Below are positions 13,501-25,535 of a DNA stretch of 64,000 nucleotides, piece by piece. The translations under genes were made by a program, and so were the position numbers. The DNA is from Macrostomum lignano (taxonomy: Eukaryota). Location: positions 13,673 to 77,672 of the forward strand of contig NIVC01002754.1 of NCBI GenBank assembly GCA_002269645.1, written 5' to 3'. The notes below the pieces were generated by a model. That model saw only the letters and a list, made by a program, of their open reading frames with translations, had not been told where the DNA came from and made no database searches. Every line of letters begins with the position of its first letter. The stretch's first letter is position 1.

Positions 13501-16500
13501 CGTTGTTGCAAGACGTCCTTTCTGCCACAACTCCTCCTCCAGAGTTGCGGGAATTGGGCTAGACGCATTTGTCCCCGGAACTAGGCCCTCTCTAGTAGCT
13601 TCTTTCATGGCAGCATCCAATGCCATTCTTGCATCCCTGCACGCAGCGTCCTTCCAGAGATTCAGTTCTTTCTTGAGCGTGTACTGCAGATAGTGTTGCA
13701 TCATGGAAAATATGTCCCTAAGGGTCGTAGCATTGTATTTAGTGCCATCGACTTTTCGCACCTCGAGAATGAACATCTTTAATAGATAGTTCCAATCGCA
13801 AGCGTTCCATTCATGACGCTCCTTCAACACGAGAAGGCCAGTTGTATCACCATGTAGAATTTGATTGTGTCGCTGCTCAAACCACTGGTCAAAAATTCTT
13901 ACAGCCCATAGTTCCTTCCTTCGCGTATTTGGTGGGATAGCAGCGTCCAGCTTCCCTTGTATTTCGTCAGTCGAGAGCGTAGCGAATCGATCATTACCAG
14001 CAGCAGGATTCGTTGCAGCGGATTCTTTACTTTCAAAATATCGTAGCACTAGATCTAAGTCGTCTTCCATGGTTCTATTATATATGCAAATGGATGGACT
14101 GCTCAGTGCTCCATCTAGGTAGACGATTTATAACACTTTAGCCAGTCAGTCACATAGCTTGTGCCATAGACTAACTGTACTGGATATTGATGCGTATTTT
14201 GCTTTCAGTAGGTTAAATATTTTCTCCTCCTTTTTCCAAATATGTCTATGGAAAAGAAAGTCCTCGGATGATATTCTCAAGGCCTCGGCTTCGCCTCGGC
14301 CTGAGAAATGCATCCTCGGACTTACTTTTCCATAGCCACACTTGGAAAAGGAGGAGAATGTATACTTAACCCATAATCTTTGAAAATATTGCACTGTTAA
14401 GTCTATTGCTGATTGAAACTTGTTCATAGCCACAAAAATGTAAAAGAAAAGTTCAATATTTTGTAGACGGATAGGGATACAGAGAGAGGTGGGGAAGACA
14501 GAGAGAGGCGGGGGAACAGGAAGAGGCGGGGGAGACAGAGAGAGGCGGGGGAGACAGAGAGAGGCGGGGAGACAGAGAGAGGCGGGGGAGACAGAGAGAG
14601 GTGGGGAAGACAGAGAGAGGTGGGGGAGACAGAGAGAGGCGGGGGAGACAGAGAGAGGCGGGGAGACAGAGGGAGGCGGGGGAGACAGAGAGAGGCGGGG
14701 GAAACAGGAAGAGGCGGGGGAGACAGAGAGAGGCGGGGGAGACAGGAAAGGCGGGGGAGACAGAGAGAGGCGGGGGAGACAGAGAGAGGCGGGGGAGACA
14801 GAGAGAGGCGGGGGAGACAGAGAGAGGCGGAGGAGACAGAGAGAGGTGGGGGAGACAGAGAGAGGTGGGGGAGACAGAGAGAGGCGGGAGAAACAGGAAG
14901 AGGCGGGGGAGACAGAGAGAGGTAGGGGAGACAGAGAGAGGTGGGGAGACAGAGAGAGGCGGGGGAGACAGAGAGAGGTGGGGAGACAGAGAGAGGCAGG
15001 GGAGACAGAGGGAGGCGGGGAGACAGAGAGAGGCGGGGGAAACAGGAAGAGGCGGGGGAGACAGAGAGAGGCGGGGGAGACAGGAGAGGCGGGGCAGGAG
15101 AGACAAAAAACCACATTATAGTTTTGATCAAAACTTCAACCTCCACTTTTACCTTGACAGGCGAAAAATGGCGCGGCCGATTTTCAATAGTTTGATCTGT
15201 CGGCCTCGACTCGTGGGGTACTGCGCGAAAAAAATGATGAAAAAAAAATAAACGACGATGCAGTCGTATGCTACTGAGCATTTAAGTAGTAGCAGTGGTA
15301 AATACTAAAATAAAGTTTTCACAAAAAATATCCTAAATCTAAAGGTATACCTCGCCTCGAGTTTGCGGTTGCCCAGCTTCCTGCGGCTTCATCTGTCAAT
15401 CGATTGTGATTGGCCAGCCGCCTGTCCAATAGCAGTCTCTCCTCGGATAGTTCGCGTCGAACTCGCGACCTCATCTGTTCCAGCTCGTCGCTGTGCTGAG
15501 CGGACTGCCATGCGGTCACGGCCGCTTGCTGGGATTCCAGCAGCTGGCACAGCCGAGACCATTGCTCCTGGGGTGCAATTGGATAAGCAAGGAGGGCACT
15601 ACTTCTACTCATTTTTATCCCTCAAAAATGCTTACATTGGCATTTCTGGGATTCAGTTACTTCGAGGAACTCATTTTGGAGCTCTGAACAGTTTCAGCAC
15701 TACGGAACTGAGTCATTGCGGACACTTATTTTGGCAACTCCGGACACTCATTTTGGCAACTCCGGACACTTATTTTGGCAACTCCGGACACTTGACCCTC
15801 TGGACAACAAGTTAGTCATTCTGGACACTTATTGGACAATCTGGACAGTGATTTCTGCACTCTGGACACTTAGTAAACAATCTGGACACTCAGGTAGTCA
15901 TTCAGGACACTCAGTTGTCATTCCGGACACTCATTTTTACACTCCGGACACTCATTTTTACACTCCGGCACTTCTTTGGCAACTCCGGACACTTATTTTG
16001 ACATTCCGGACACTTAGAAGAAAATTCGGACACTCATTTTGACACTCCGGACACTTACTAAACAATCTGGACACTCAGGTAGTTATTCCGAACACTCAGT
16101 TAGTCATTCCGGACACTCAGGTAGTTATTCCGAACACTCAGTTAGTCATTCCGGACACTCATTTTTACACTCCAGACACTCATTTTGGCACTTTGGACAC
16201 TCATTTTGGCACCCCGGACACTCATTTTGGCACTCCGGACACTCATTTTGGCACTCCGGACAACAAGTTAGTCATTCTGGATACTTATTGGACAATCCGG
16301 ACAGTGATTTTTGCACTCTGGACACTTAGTAAACAATCTGGACACTCAGGTAGTCATTCCGGACACTCATTTTTACACTTCGGACACTTCTTTGGCAACT
16401 CCAGACACTTATTTTGGCACTCCGGACACAGTAGAAAATTCGGACACTCATTTTTACACTTCGGACACTTAGTAGACAATCCAGACACTCATTTTTACAC

Positions 16501-17159
16501 TCCGGACACTTCGTAGGCAATCCAAACACTCACTTTGACACTCTTGGCTGGACACTAAGTCTTGACGAAGTTATTGCGAGCTAGTTATAATTATCCTTGA
16601 CTCTAATTTTGGCAAATTTGCAGATCTCCAACCTAATTACCTGTTGCTTATTTGGCGGCAGCAGTTTAAAGCTAGCTTGCATTGACGGATATTTGGCAAA
16701 CAACTCATCCAGAGAAGCTTGATGCAACCGATTCGATTGAGGTTTTTTTTGTTGCTCCTGCGGTTGCTGCGGCTGCTGTTTTGTCTCTTTCGGTTCTCGA
16801 GAAGGATCCAATTGTCCAGCTAGGGCAGACGCCGGTCTCATTGGAAGCTGTTTAATCTCTTCGGCCTTTTTCTCTGAAGTCAATAATAACTCATCGTCCG
16901 ATTGATAGCCTTGTCTGTTATTGCTGGCACTAGTCGTATCTGTTCCAATGGCGACTGCAGCTTCTGAGCAGAACTTTCTACCCTGCTCCACAGCCATGCG
17001 AGCTCGTTGCAGAGCGGGAGAAACTCTACCACTGCTGCTGCAGTTGTTGTTGCTGACTTGCTGCACTTCCCGGTAAGCAGACGGTGGCAAGCGTCTAGAT
17101 TTTGACAGCTTTTTTTTCTTAGAATTGACAGGCTGCTCGGCTGTCTCAGAGTCTGCCAT
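10579..17159 (-). CDS. Coiled-coil protein of unknown function, ~478 aa
   Basis: Phase-consistent GT-AG exons 17159-16641, 15567-15351, 12070-11737, 11240-10985, 10689-10579 (1,437 nt). Heptad-rich segments (LAELAALLAESRREADWLRARLAEANSRVDELLTENFRL); basic Ser/Arg-rich C-terminus. Confidence 0.7.
11330..11510 (+). mobile_element. Second diverged copy of the SINE-like repeat
   Basis: Homologous, inverted, to 2975-3235; followed by a GGTGCTAAAGCCCCTT array. Confidence 0.55.
11534..11608. repeat. 16-bp minisatellite (GGTGCTAAAGCCCCTT)n
   Basis: ~4.5 copies; same family as 1700-1848 in opposite orientation. Confidence 0.9.
12323..14335 (-). mobile_element. Crypton-like tyrosine-recombinase DNA element in intron 2 of the coiled-coil gene (outer boundaries approximate)
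   Basis: Contains the YR ORF; flanked by imperfect hairpins at 12602-12667 and 14246-14335 sharing GGCCTGAGAAAT (12639-12650, 14298-14309); 3x18-bp repeat TAGATGGCCTAGAGTCAC and palindrome TCACTATAGTGA at 12323-12384. Confidence 0.65.
12745..14070 (-). CDS. Tyrosine recombinase, Crypton/DUF3504 (ZMYM/QRICH1-related) type, 441 aa, intronless
   Basis: Family motifs IPPNTRRKELWAVRIF..W, FILEVRKVDGTKY...TL, FALHGGTE, TKTNNAG, C...YKLYVDKRP, WY...PVG.HSL, YTNQSLRKT, TGHSS, IERY. Confidence 0.9.
   Translation of the reverse strand: MEDDLDLVLRYFESKESAATNPAAGNDRFATLSTDEIQGKLDAAIPPNTRRKELWAVRIFDQWFEQRHNQILHGDTTGLLVLKERHEWNACDWNYLLKMFILEVRKVDGTKYNATTLRDIFSMMQHYLQYTLKKELNLWKDAACRDARMALDAAMKEATREGLVPGTNASSPIPATLEEELWQKGRLATTSPKLLLFALVFYLGKQFALHGGTELHGLRYSCEIQLQHEDGQELLVYCENRATKTNNAGIKRRFVPLKTVKASHTADHDRCLPCIYKLYVDKRPENCTVQNLFLAWMRSDASIQQGRWYQNAPVGQHSLDGIVRELTAPLTGVTERYTNQSLRKTCASTLHRAGFAREDIARVTGHSSTAIERYIQFDVQDHVKVSHALQSGGQSSSLSIDTEPERSVEAMEQSNVVSANPAKKMRLKINGNTNTVEIIFE
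14478..15105. repeat. 19-20-bp purine-rich minisatellite (GAGACAGAGAGAGGCGGGG)n
   Basis: Direct reading, ~32 copies; source of ORFs 14146-15281. Confidence 0.95.
15716..16560. repeat. Degenerate minisatellite with core ACTCCGGACACTCATTTT
   Basis: TCCGGACACT core recurs every ~19-21 bp; fills intron 1 of the coiled-coil gene. Confidence 0.9.
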
Positions 17160-17865
17160 AGGTAATAATGATCAGGTGTCTATTATACTCTTTTATATCT
17201 ATATCTATCTTTTTTCAACTCGAATTATATGACTGACAGGTGTGAAGAAGAGAGCTGAGTAGGCAAGCTAAATAGTTTTAAAAGAAATAGTGGCTATAGT
17301 GTTCAACACAAGTGGGTAACTACCTGCTGGGAAGTTCTGATGATGAATAAATTCACCCAGCATACACCCAGTACAGAGCCCATAAAAGAAGTCTAGAAGA
17401 AAACCTATAATGTAAAAACACCATTACAACTATGTCCACAAAGGTTCCATCTGAGTTATGACTTTAGCGTGTATAGGAGCCATGCGCGTTTGTGTGCGCT
17501 GAGAAAACAATTACTAACACGATGATTATATATGTAAAATATTAAAACTCTATACGACGCTATTAAACTAAACACAGCTGTTTGAGTAAGCTACTGCACA
17601 ATTTTACTATTATAAACGTTGACATAAGTTGCGCCTGAGTAAACAAAGTGGGTTGATGCATTAAGCATTAGCCCTGCATTAACCCCGATCCTGCATTCAT
17701 GCAAGAGATGCCAGTAAACTATTTTGCGAGCAGCTTCTTTGGTTCAGAATTGTGCAGTAAAAACTGATGCCGATGCTTATGAGACAATTGCTTCAACATA
17801 TTTTTGTATTACCCATTGTTTCAGCTGATGCTGACTTGATTCGAGGCATCAATAAACCTAAGGAT

Positions 17866-18285
17866 CTGAAAGACTGGCCCAGCAACTAAGGATCTGGAAG
17901 GCTGGCCCAGCAACTGAGGATCTGGAAGGCTGGCCCAGCAACTGAGGATCTGGAAGGCTGGCCCAGCAACTGAGGATCTGAAAGGCTGGCCCAGCAACTG
18001 AGGATCTGGAAGGCTGTGGCCAGCAACTGAGGATCTGGGAGGCTGGCCCAGCAACTGAGAATTTGTGAGGCTGGCCCAGCAACTGAGAATCTGTGAGGCT
18101 GGCCCAGCAACTGAGGATCTGGGAGGCTGGCCCAGCAACTGAGGATCTGGGAGGCTGGCCCAGCAACTGAGAATCTGTGAGGCTGGCCCAGCAACTGAGG
18201 ATCTGGGAGGCTGGTCCAGCAACTGAGAATTTGTGAGGCTGGCCAGCAACTGAGAATCTGTGAGGCTGGCCCAGCAACTGAGGAT
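17866..18285. repeat. 28-bp minisatellite family A (GGCTGGCCCAGCAACTGAGGATCTGGGA)n, copy 1
   Basis: Direct reading; same unit at 25121-25535, 32783-33150 and 35582-35930. Confidence 0.95.
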
Positions 18286-18676
18286 AATCTCCAGCGTTGG
18301 GTATGTCGGATTTGTCGGCGGACGTCTCAATGCTGCACAGGAAAGCGCTTCATTCTCACAAGAGTGATTCGATAATTTACATAAAAAATGAGACACCAAT
18401 CAACTAGGATATTTAAAGTAGCGGTTTTATCGGAACGTGACTTCTAGTAGTCCTTGGTTATCAGTTTTTTTAAAGCAGTAACAAAAAAAATATTTTTAAT
18501 TTATTAGTTTAAATTTGGTCAACCAAAAACGATTTTGATGTGTCTTTTCTGTGTCGTGTCTGGAAGTTGAATCGAATCGTAGGAAATTGAGCACGTATGT
18601 TTATTTTATTTACCCACCACCACCAACATTGTTGTTCAACAGTCAAGATACGAATACTACTCAGTTTTAGAAGCTG

Positions 18677-21098
18677 TCAGCAATGGTTTTTATCGACTTT
18701 AAACACGGCATTGACCATCCGACCGCCGCACATTTGGTCAGAGTCGCCGGCGCAGGGCAATCGACAGTCGGAACGCTCGGCCTCGCCATTGCTGCCGTAG
18801 TTGTCGCCACAGCGGCACTGGTTGCCTTCCCGAAGGGCGAACACCGACGTGCCGCGTTTCAGACAGAGGCAGTTGCACTTCTCACGGGTCATGTCATCGC
18901 TGGACGACGCAAGTGAATCGAAATCGGGCCAATGATTGCTCTCGAAAAAGCAGCCGACAAAATCTGGAAATGGCAGCCAATTGTAAAATGCAGATTTACG
19001 CACATATGAAAAGCATTGAATCTATTTGCGCAAAAAGATGCAACCCATGTGATGCGCTATTTTTTATGATATCTTTCTTGTTTTCGAATTTATTAGATCA
19101 TTCTGACCCTTCTGTGATGGGTTTAGGCCTTTTCGGCTCCTTTGTGGAAGCCTTCGGGCCTCAGGTCTCAGAAATAAATCAATTAGAGTCCTGGCCCCCC
19201 ACTCCTGTCAGATGGTCAGCCCCATGGTAGCTTGATCGTGTGGCGAGCAGTCTAGGTCCTATAGCTTAGAGAGGGACAGCGAGAGACAAGCACGGAGAAT
19301 TTTGAAGGTAGAAATTAGATAATCCGCAGATTAACTAACCCGCTGCCACCAGCCCGTGCGTTCTGGCTCACCACACCGGAACTTTCGAAATCGGGCTTCC
19401 GACTAGAGGGGGTTTAGCACTTACCTGCCAACTAGTGTCTTTTTGCTGTCAATCTCGAAGTCATAGCCGATGATAAGGGACAGATGGTTTGATTAGTTGA
19501 TTGCATGTGCGCGAGTTTACTAGCCCGTATGTACAATTGCTCGCTGTACAATCATAACAATATATTAGTAAGTGCCTTGGCGCCCTGGGCAGCCAAGATT
19601 GGTCTACGCCTGAAGCCTATTTCTTGTCTTGGCTTGTTCCCACACATTGAAGTTAAAACATAAAAAACCACTTACGTCCGGCCTTGATGGCACTTTTCTT
19701 CTTTTCTCCAAAAACTTGAACTTCGCAAAGAGTCAAGGGTGAGCGTTTCCGATTGTTGATGCGTAGCTTCTGGCCGACCTTATTGCACTGGAACGTCTTC
19801 ACAGAAAAGAAGCCGCTCGACTTGAACGAGGCGCACTCCTGACCGTCCACTGTGATGGAAAAGTCGTTGAGTCTCTCTGAGCAGCAGTCGAGTCGGTTGT
19901 AGATTCGAACCTGCTTGACGAGCGATCGCTCTTTGAGAGTCGCTTGCCACCAGCCAAACTCAGATTTTGTGTGAGTGCAGCTTTGTAAGTGCCAATTAGG
20001 ACTCGTGTTACCATCGAATGCTCTTTGGCAAACACCATTGGTTGCTGTAGAACTTTGAGAGCATGACACGAGAGCAAGGCGGTCTAAAAAAGGAAAGAGT
20101 TGTTTAAATGCAAGCTAGGTTACACAAGTACTCTATTAAGCATCAGTATGGATAAAAACGGATTGACACCCTGTATTACTCTTTGGAGTTGGCAGTTTGA
20201 CTTCCTCTCCGTACACCTGCACTTCGCAGAGAGTCAGCGGTGACGTTTTACGGTTCCTCACAGTCACAACTTGACCGATCCTGTCGCATTTGAATGCGCG
20301 AATTGAAAGAAACTGTTGGACTTGTACGACGCGCACTCGTGCCCATCGACCATGATTACAAAGTTGTTTAGCCGGTCTGAGCAACAGTCAATCCGGTTGG
20401 TGATTCGAACCGTCCGAATGTGAGACAGCGACTTGGTTCTCGCCTGCCACCAGCCCTTCTCATTTTTGGTGTGAGAGCAGGAATTGTGGCTATAGAATTG
20501 GTGATCGTTGTTGTCGATGGCTCGACTGCAGACGCCTTCAGAAGAGGTTGAAGACTGCAGACATTCCATCATTGGGAGCCTCGCTGAAATCAGATGCACA
20601 AGTTCAAATATTTAGTTCTATGCTACTTCCGAAAATGTTTCTATTGGCTAAAGCCTGCTAGTATAGTATGTCTTTCTTATGCGCTTACCGCCATAAGGAT
20701 TTCTTGGAATGTAGTTTCCGAAGATCTGCACTTCGCAAAGAGTCAGCGGCGTTTTGATTCGATTCTTGATTACCAGCATCTGACCGACTTTGTTACACCT
20801 GAAGATCTTCACTGAAAATGACTTTCTCGAACTGTATGACTCGCACTCTTGACCATCGAGAAAGATGGAGAAGCTGTTGAGTCTGTCTGAGCAGCAGTCG
20901 AGTCTGTTGTAGATTAGAACAAATCGCACTCGAGCGAATCCGGATCCCCTTATGTAGGCTTGCCAAAAGCCTTTCTCGGCCTTTGTGTGCGTGCACGAGC
21001 CTGCGGCATAGTGCTGGTTAATTCTTCATCGAAGGCTCGTTCGCACGCGCCTCCAGATGACGTAGAGCTTTGGTAACACTCACCAAATTGCAGTTTGT
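18677..21098 (-). CDS. F-type lectin (fucolectin) x3 + C-terminal WSC domain protein; two 1-bp frameshifts (pseudogene or assembly indels); 5' end not found
   Basis: Phase-1 exons 21098-20689 (410 nt), 20583-20180 (404 nt), 20083-19676 (408 nt), 18963-18677. Each lectin exon has the HX26RXDX4R-type motif (SCTHTK...RLDCCSER) and LTLCEVQVFG. WSC pattern FVGCF...MTREKC...C...FAL..GNQCRCG...C..PC.GD..QMCGG. Confidence 0.85.
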
Positions 21099-23040
21099 CT
21101 AAATTTCAAATTTGACAGCAAATAAAGTTAATAGTATCGGGTTTTTTAAAGTTACGGGTAAGGTGACCTGCGGTGTTTAAAAACCATGTACTCTTAATAT
21201 GTACTTTGCACGACGGCGTCTGATTTGACATTCACTGTAACATTGCACCGACATTTTTGCCGACTTTTGCTATTGTCATCCATCGGTGTAGTGTAAAAAA
21301 AATCATTGTCAGCAACGTCCAGCGAATTCGAATACGTTGGAATTTTGCATGGCTGTTGATCTTCTCATTTTTTATGAAATTCTAAAAGCGCAACCATGTA
21401 CCAGGCTGAATTAAAATCGATATTTTTAGCTGTACAATTTGAATAGTCTTGGTACGGGCGTCTTGGGAAGGTGGAACTTTCACAACAGCGAAACTTAATA
21501 TGAAAAGAACCATGTGCATTAGTTTTCGGCGTTGTAAAATTTTGACTTTATGAAGTCTCTTGCTAGATTTCTCGATGATGTTTTTGAGATTTTGAACGTT
21601 TGAATTTTCGACCTTGTGAATGAAGGTGCCTTTGGCGCAGTGAAATATCGAGTTTAGGAAACTAGCTTCTTGGCGAAGTTTGAAACCTTAAACTCCATAT
21701 AAGCATAAAAGCTTACTCCAGCGCTGCGATATGATACCGTTGTTTTAGCTAATCGTCAACCTTCTTTAAAACCATTTTCGTTATAGTGGATTTAGTATAT
21801 TTAGATTGTAATTTTCTGTAGGAGTAAAAGAAAAAAATGAATCAAATCAGTATCAAGAAATTGGCTTACTGTAGGCAGTTACAGCTTGAAGTAGCATTAA
21901 AAACAGAAGCCATCGATGCCAAGTCGCTTGAAAAGTGGGCCTGCTGGTCATGCTGAACCGTTAGAATCCTTTTGATAGCCGAATAACTTTTTTTAGCAGT
22001 TCAGCTTAATCGTTTGAGATCGTTTGCTCTCGAGGGCGGAGGTCTTGTCAATTTTATAGTCTTTAGATTTTCATCTCCTGTCGCTGATGGACTGGATTCG
22101 GCAGGGTTAGCAGCTGGCAGTGGTCTACATGAACAGTTTTCATGCCCTATGTATCCGGGTTTTATCCATTACACCTGTATCCTACGGAGGCGAGGGTATA
22201 GATTAGCTAGGGCTTTTGCTTTCGGTGAGTGAGGAGAGTTAAGCGAGGGCAGTCGTTGAGAGTCTTTTTGCTGCTCTTTCGAGCGGTCAGCTTGCAGATC
22301 CACCCCTGGGTTGCTACGCTCCTCGGGGTTGGCAGTGGGTCTGTCGGTCCGCAGCTTCTCACCTCCGGGTTGTGCACACGCTGCGCTCATTAATCTTTTA
22401 TCGTCTCGTTGGTCAGCTGCTTTGTTTCAGATCGCCGCCCTTGCTCACCTTCTCTGTCTGGAATGGTGGTGGCTGCTATTGTCTTTCCTGCGCTTTTGCC
22501 TTCCACTCACTGTAGGCTTATATTGTGTTGCCTATTGCTGTTTGTATCTTTTTCGTATCTGCTTTATACTCTACTCTGGCCTCGCCTCGCTTACCGCCTC
22601 CTTGGCTTTGTTCTTTATGCGGCCCATTCTTACGGATTTCTAAGCCCTCTCTATCTCCTTCATGTATACAGGCTTTAAACAACAATTGCCTTTGGATACT
22701 AACATAAGAGGTAAAAATCGACATGTCTTTTATTCAATTTTTTATTCCGTTTTTTGTTGCCGGGATTTCCGTCGAGCTCTGGAAACAGCTGCCCAGTTTC
22801 AAAGGGATCTGAACTAGCTGGAAAACGCGATCATGATTTCGCCGAATACGAATGCACTGTCAATCTTAGCATTGATTTTATGACATTAGCCTTGTGCAGT
22901 TTTACTTCAATTCCCAAACCAGGCATTGCAGCTGGTGTTGGGACTCCTGGACATTTGATTTCACATGACTGTCACAGTAAAAATTAACATCAAAGTTACT
23001 GGAGATGTAACATTTAGACTAGTTTTTGTACAGTTGCTGA

Positions 23041-23742
23041 TATGACGCCAAAATCAGACATCTCAGATATGGCGCAAAAAAAGACATCTCAGATATGGCG
23101 CCAAAAACAGACATCTCAGATATGGCGCCAAAATCAGGCATCTCAGATATGGCGCCAAAAACAGACATCTCAGATATGACGCCAAAATCAGACATCTCAG
23201 ATATGGCGCCAAAAACAGACATCTCAGATATGACGCCAAAAACAGACATTTCAGATATGGCGCCAAAAACAGACATCTCAGATATGGCGACAAAATCAGG
23301 CTTCTCAGATATGGCGCCAAAAACAGACATCTCAGATATGATGCCAAAATCAATCATGTCAGATATGGCGCCAAAATCAGGCATCTCAGATATGGCGCCA
23401 AAATCAGGCATCTCAGATATGGCGCCAAAATCAGGCATCTCAGATATGGCGCCAAAATCAGGCATCTCAGATATGGCGACAAAATCAGGCATCTCAGATA
23501 TGGCGCCAAAATCAGGCATCTCAGATATGGCGCCAAAATCAGGCATCTCAGATATGGCGCCAAAATCAGGCATCGCAGATATGGCGCCAAAAACAGACAT
23601 CTCAGATATGGCGCCAAAATCAGGCATCTCAGATATGGCGCCAAAATCAGGCATCTCAGATATGGCGCCAAAATCAGGCATCGCAGATATGGCGCCAAAA
23701 ACATACATCTCAGATATGGCGCCAAAATCAGGCATCTCAGAT
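23041..23742. repeat. 27-bp minisatellite (AGATATGGCGCCAAAATCAGGCATCTC)n
   Basis: ~26 copies; inverted relative at 45630-45825. Confidence 0.95.
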
Positions 23743-23749
23743 ACTCAGC

Positions 23750-23865
23750 TGCATGGACGTCCCCGGCGCTGTCCAGGAGGCGCGCCTCGTCTGGGGGATT
23801 TACAGAGTCTCAGGAGGCCGGCTGCGGCGGGTGGAGGCGGTTTCTCGGAATTGAACTTTTAATCT
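23750..23865 (-). pseudogene. Truncated remnant of the GC-rich exon at 44762-45548
   Basis: GGACGTCCCCGGCGCTGTCCAGGAGG..GGCTGCGG matches the reverse complement of 44735-44830. Confidence 0.75.
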
Positions 23866-23889
23866 TTGTGCGTCTGTCTTTATCTGACC

Positions 23890-24495
23890 TTTCTTCGCTG
23901 TCTCACCCTGTGTTCCCCTCTCACCCTCTGTGTTCCCCTCTAACCCTCTGTGTTCCCCTCTCACCCTGTGTTCCCCTCTAACCCTCTGTGTTCCCCTCTA
24001 ACCCTCTGTGTTCCCCTCTCACCCTGTGTTCCCCTCTAACCCTCTGTGTTCCCCTCTCACCCTGTGTTCCCCTCTAACCCTCTGTGTTCCCCTCTCACCC
24101 TCTGTGTTCCCCTCTAACCCTCTGTGTTCCCCTCTCACCCTGTGTTCCCCTCTAACCCTCTGTGTTCCCCTCTCACCCTCTGTGTTCCCCTCTAACCCTC
24201 TGTGTTCCCCTCTCACCCTGTGTTCCCCTCTAACCCTCTGTGTTCCCCTCTCACCCTCTATGTTCCCCTCTCACCCTCTGTGTTCCCCTCTCACCCTCTA
24301 TGTTCCCCTCTCACCCTCTGTGTTCCCCTCTCACCCTCTATGTTCCCCTCTCACCCTCTATGTTCCCCTCTCACCCTCTATGTTCCCCTCTCACCGTCTA
24401 TGTTCCCCTCTCACCCTCTGTGTTCCCCTCTCACCCTCATGTTCCCCTCTCACCCTCTGTGTTCCCCTCTCACCCTCTATGTTCCCCTCTCCCCG
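23890..24495. repeat. 19-21-bp minisatellite (TGTGTTCCCCTCTCACCCTC)n
   Basis: Direct reading; inverted relative at 44268-44670. Confidence 0.95.
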
Positions 24496-25120
24496 CTGTC
24501 ACAGATGAATGGATCTGGATGAGGATCGATCCCAGAGTTGAAATTACCAGAAGTCAATAAATCAGCAGTGAGGAGAGTCAGATTTCAAGTTAAACAACTC
24601 CGTGTGTCGTATGCTGACCCCTGTGATTCGTATTAATTGGCCCAACTGATTTCGTTTCACTGAAGCTTGCCCTGGGCTTGAGTTTTTGTACGGCTGCCAC
24701 AACACCCGACCGCAGCCCTGTGTGGGCGGGGGGGGAGCTCCGCAATCCAATCGGAGGTTTCTCGCGGGAATTTCAACTGCTGGCTAATAGGGCGCACTTT
24801 GATACCGCTTTCAAGGTGTTTCTTTTTGTTTCACTTCTCAATGTTCTCGTGACCCAGCGAGTCAAGTGACAATTGCGGCAATTATCCAGTTGCTACGGGG
24901 AACTATGCAATGTGATTTTCAATTCCCAGTGACCCAGATTGACATGATTCATGTTTGTTACGTATTGTTTCAGAAGTCGCCATAATCAGCGGTGTGTCGT
25001 GTGTTGAGGCGCCACTGAGGGGATGAAGGTGAAAAAGAGGATGAAAAAGAGGGGTGAATGTCACCGCCCTCCTGAGGGTGAATGAGATCGGGTGAATGTC
25101 AATGAGAGGGTGAAGAAGAG

Positions 25121-25535
25121 GCCCAGCAACTGAGAATCTGTGAGGCTGACCCAGCAACTGACACTCTGGGAGGCTGACCCAGCAACTGAGGATCTGGGAG
25201 GCTGACCCAGCAACTGACACTCTGTGAGGCTGACCCAGCAACTGACACTCTGGGAGGCTGACCCAGCAACTGACACTCTGGGAGGCTGACCCAGCAACTG
25301 ACACTCTGGGAGGCTGACCCAGCAACTGAGGATCTGGGAGGCTGGCCCAGCAACTGACACTCTGGGAGGCTGACCCAGCAACTGAGGATCTGGGAGGCTG
25401 AAGCAGCAACTGACACTCTGGGAGGCTGACCCAGCAACTGACACTCTGGGAGGCTGACCCAGCAACTGACACTCTGGGAGCTGGTCCAGCAACTGAGGAT
25501 CTGGGAGGCTGACCCAGCAACTGAGGATCTGGGAG
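25121..25535. repeat. 28-bp minisatellite family A, copy 2
   Basis: CCCAGCAACTGA(GGAT/CACT)CTGGGAGGCTG(A/G) units. Confidence 0.95.

Noticed and set aside
19239-19644. Possible solo LTR (TGTGG...CCACA, ~400 bp) in the lectin-WSC intron
   Set aside because: No matching 4-6-bp TSD and no second copy in the window; cannot be supported.
22000-22990. Fragments resembling coding sequence (HENCSCRP; LGSCFQSST, similar to a lectin-domain start; EGLEIRKNGP)
   Set aside because: Short and interrupted by stops, with no consistent splice pattern; could be the lectin 5' region or relics.
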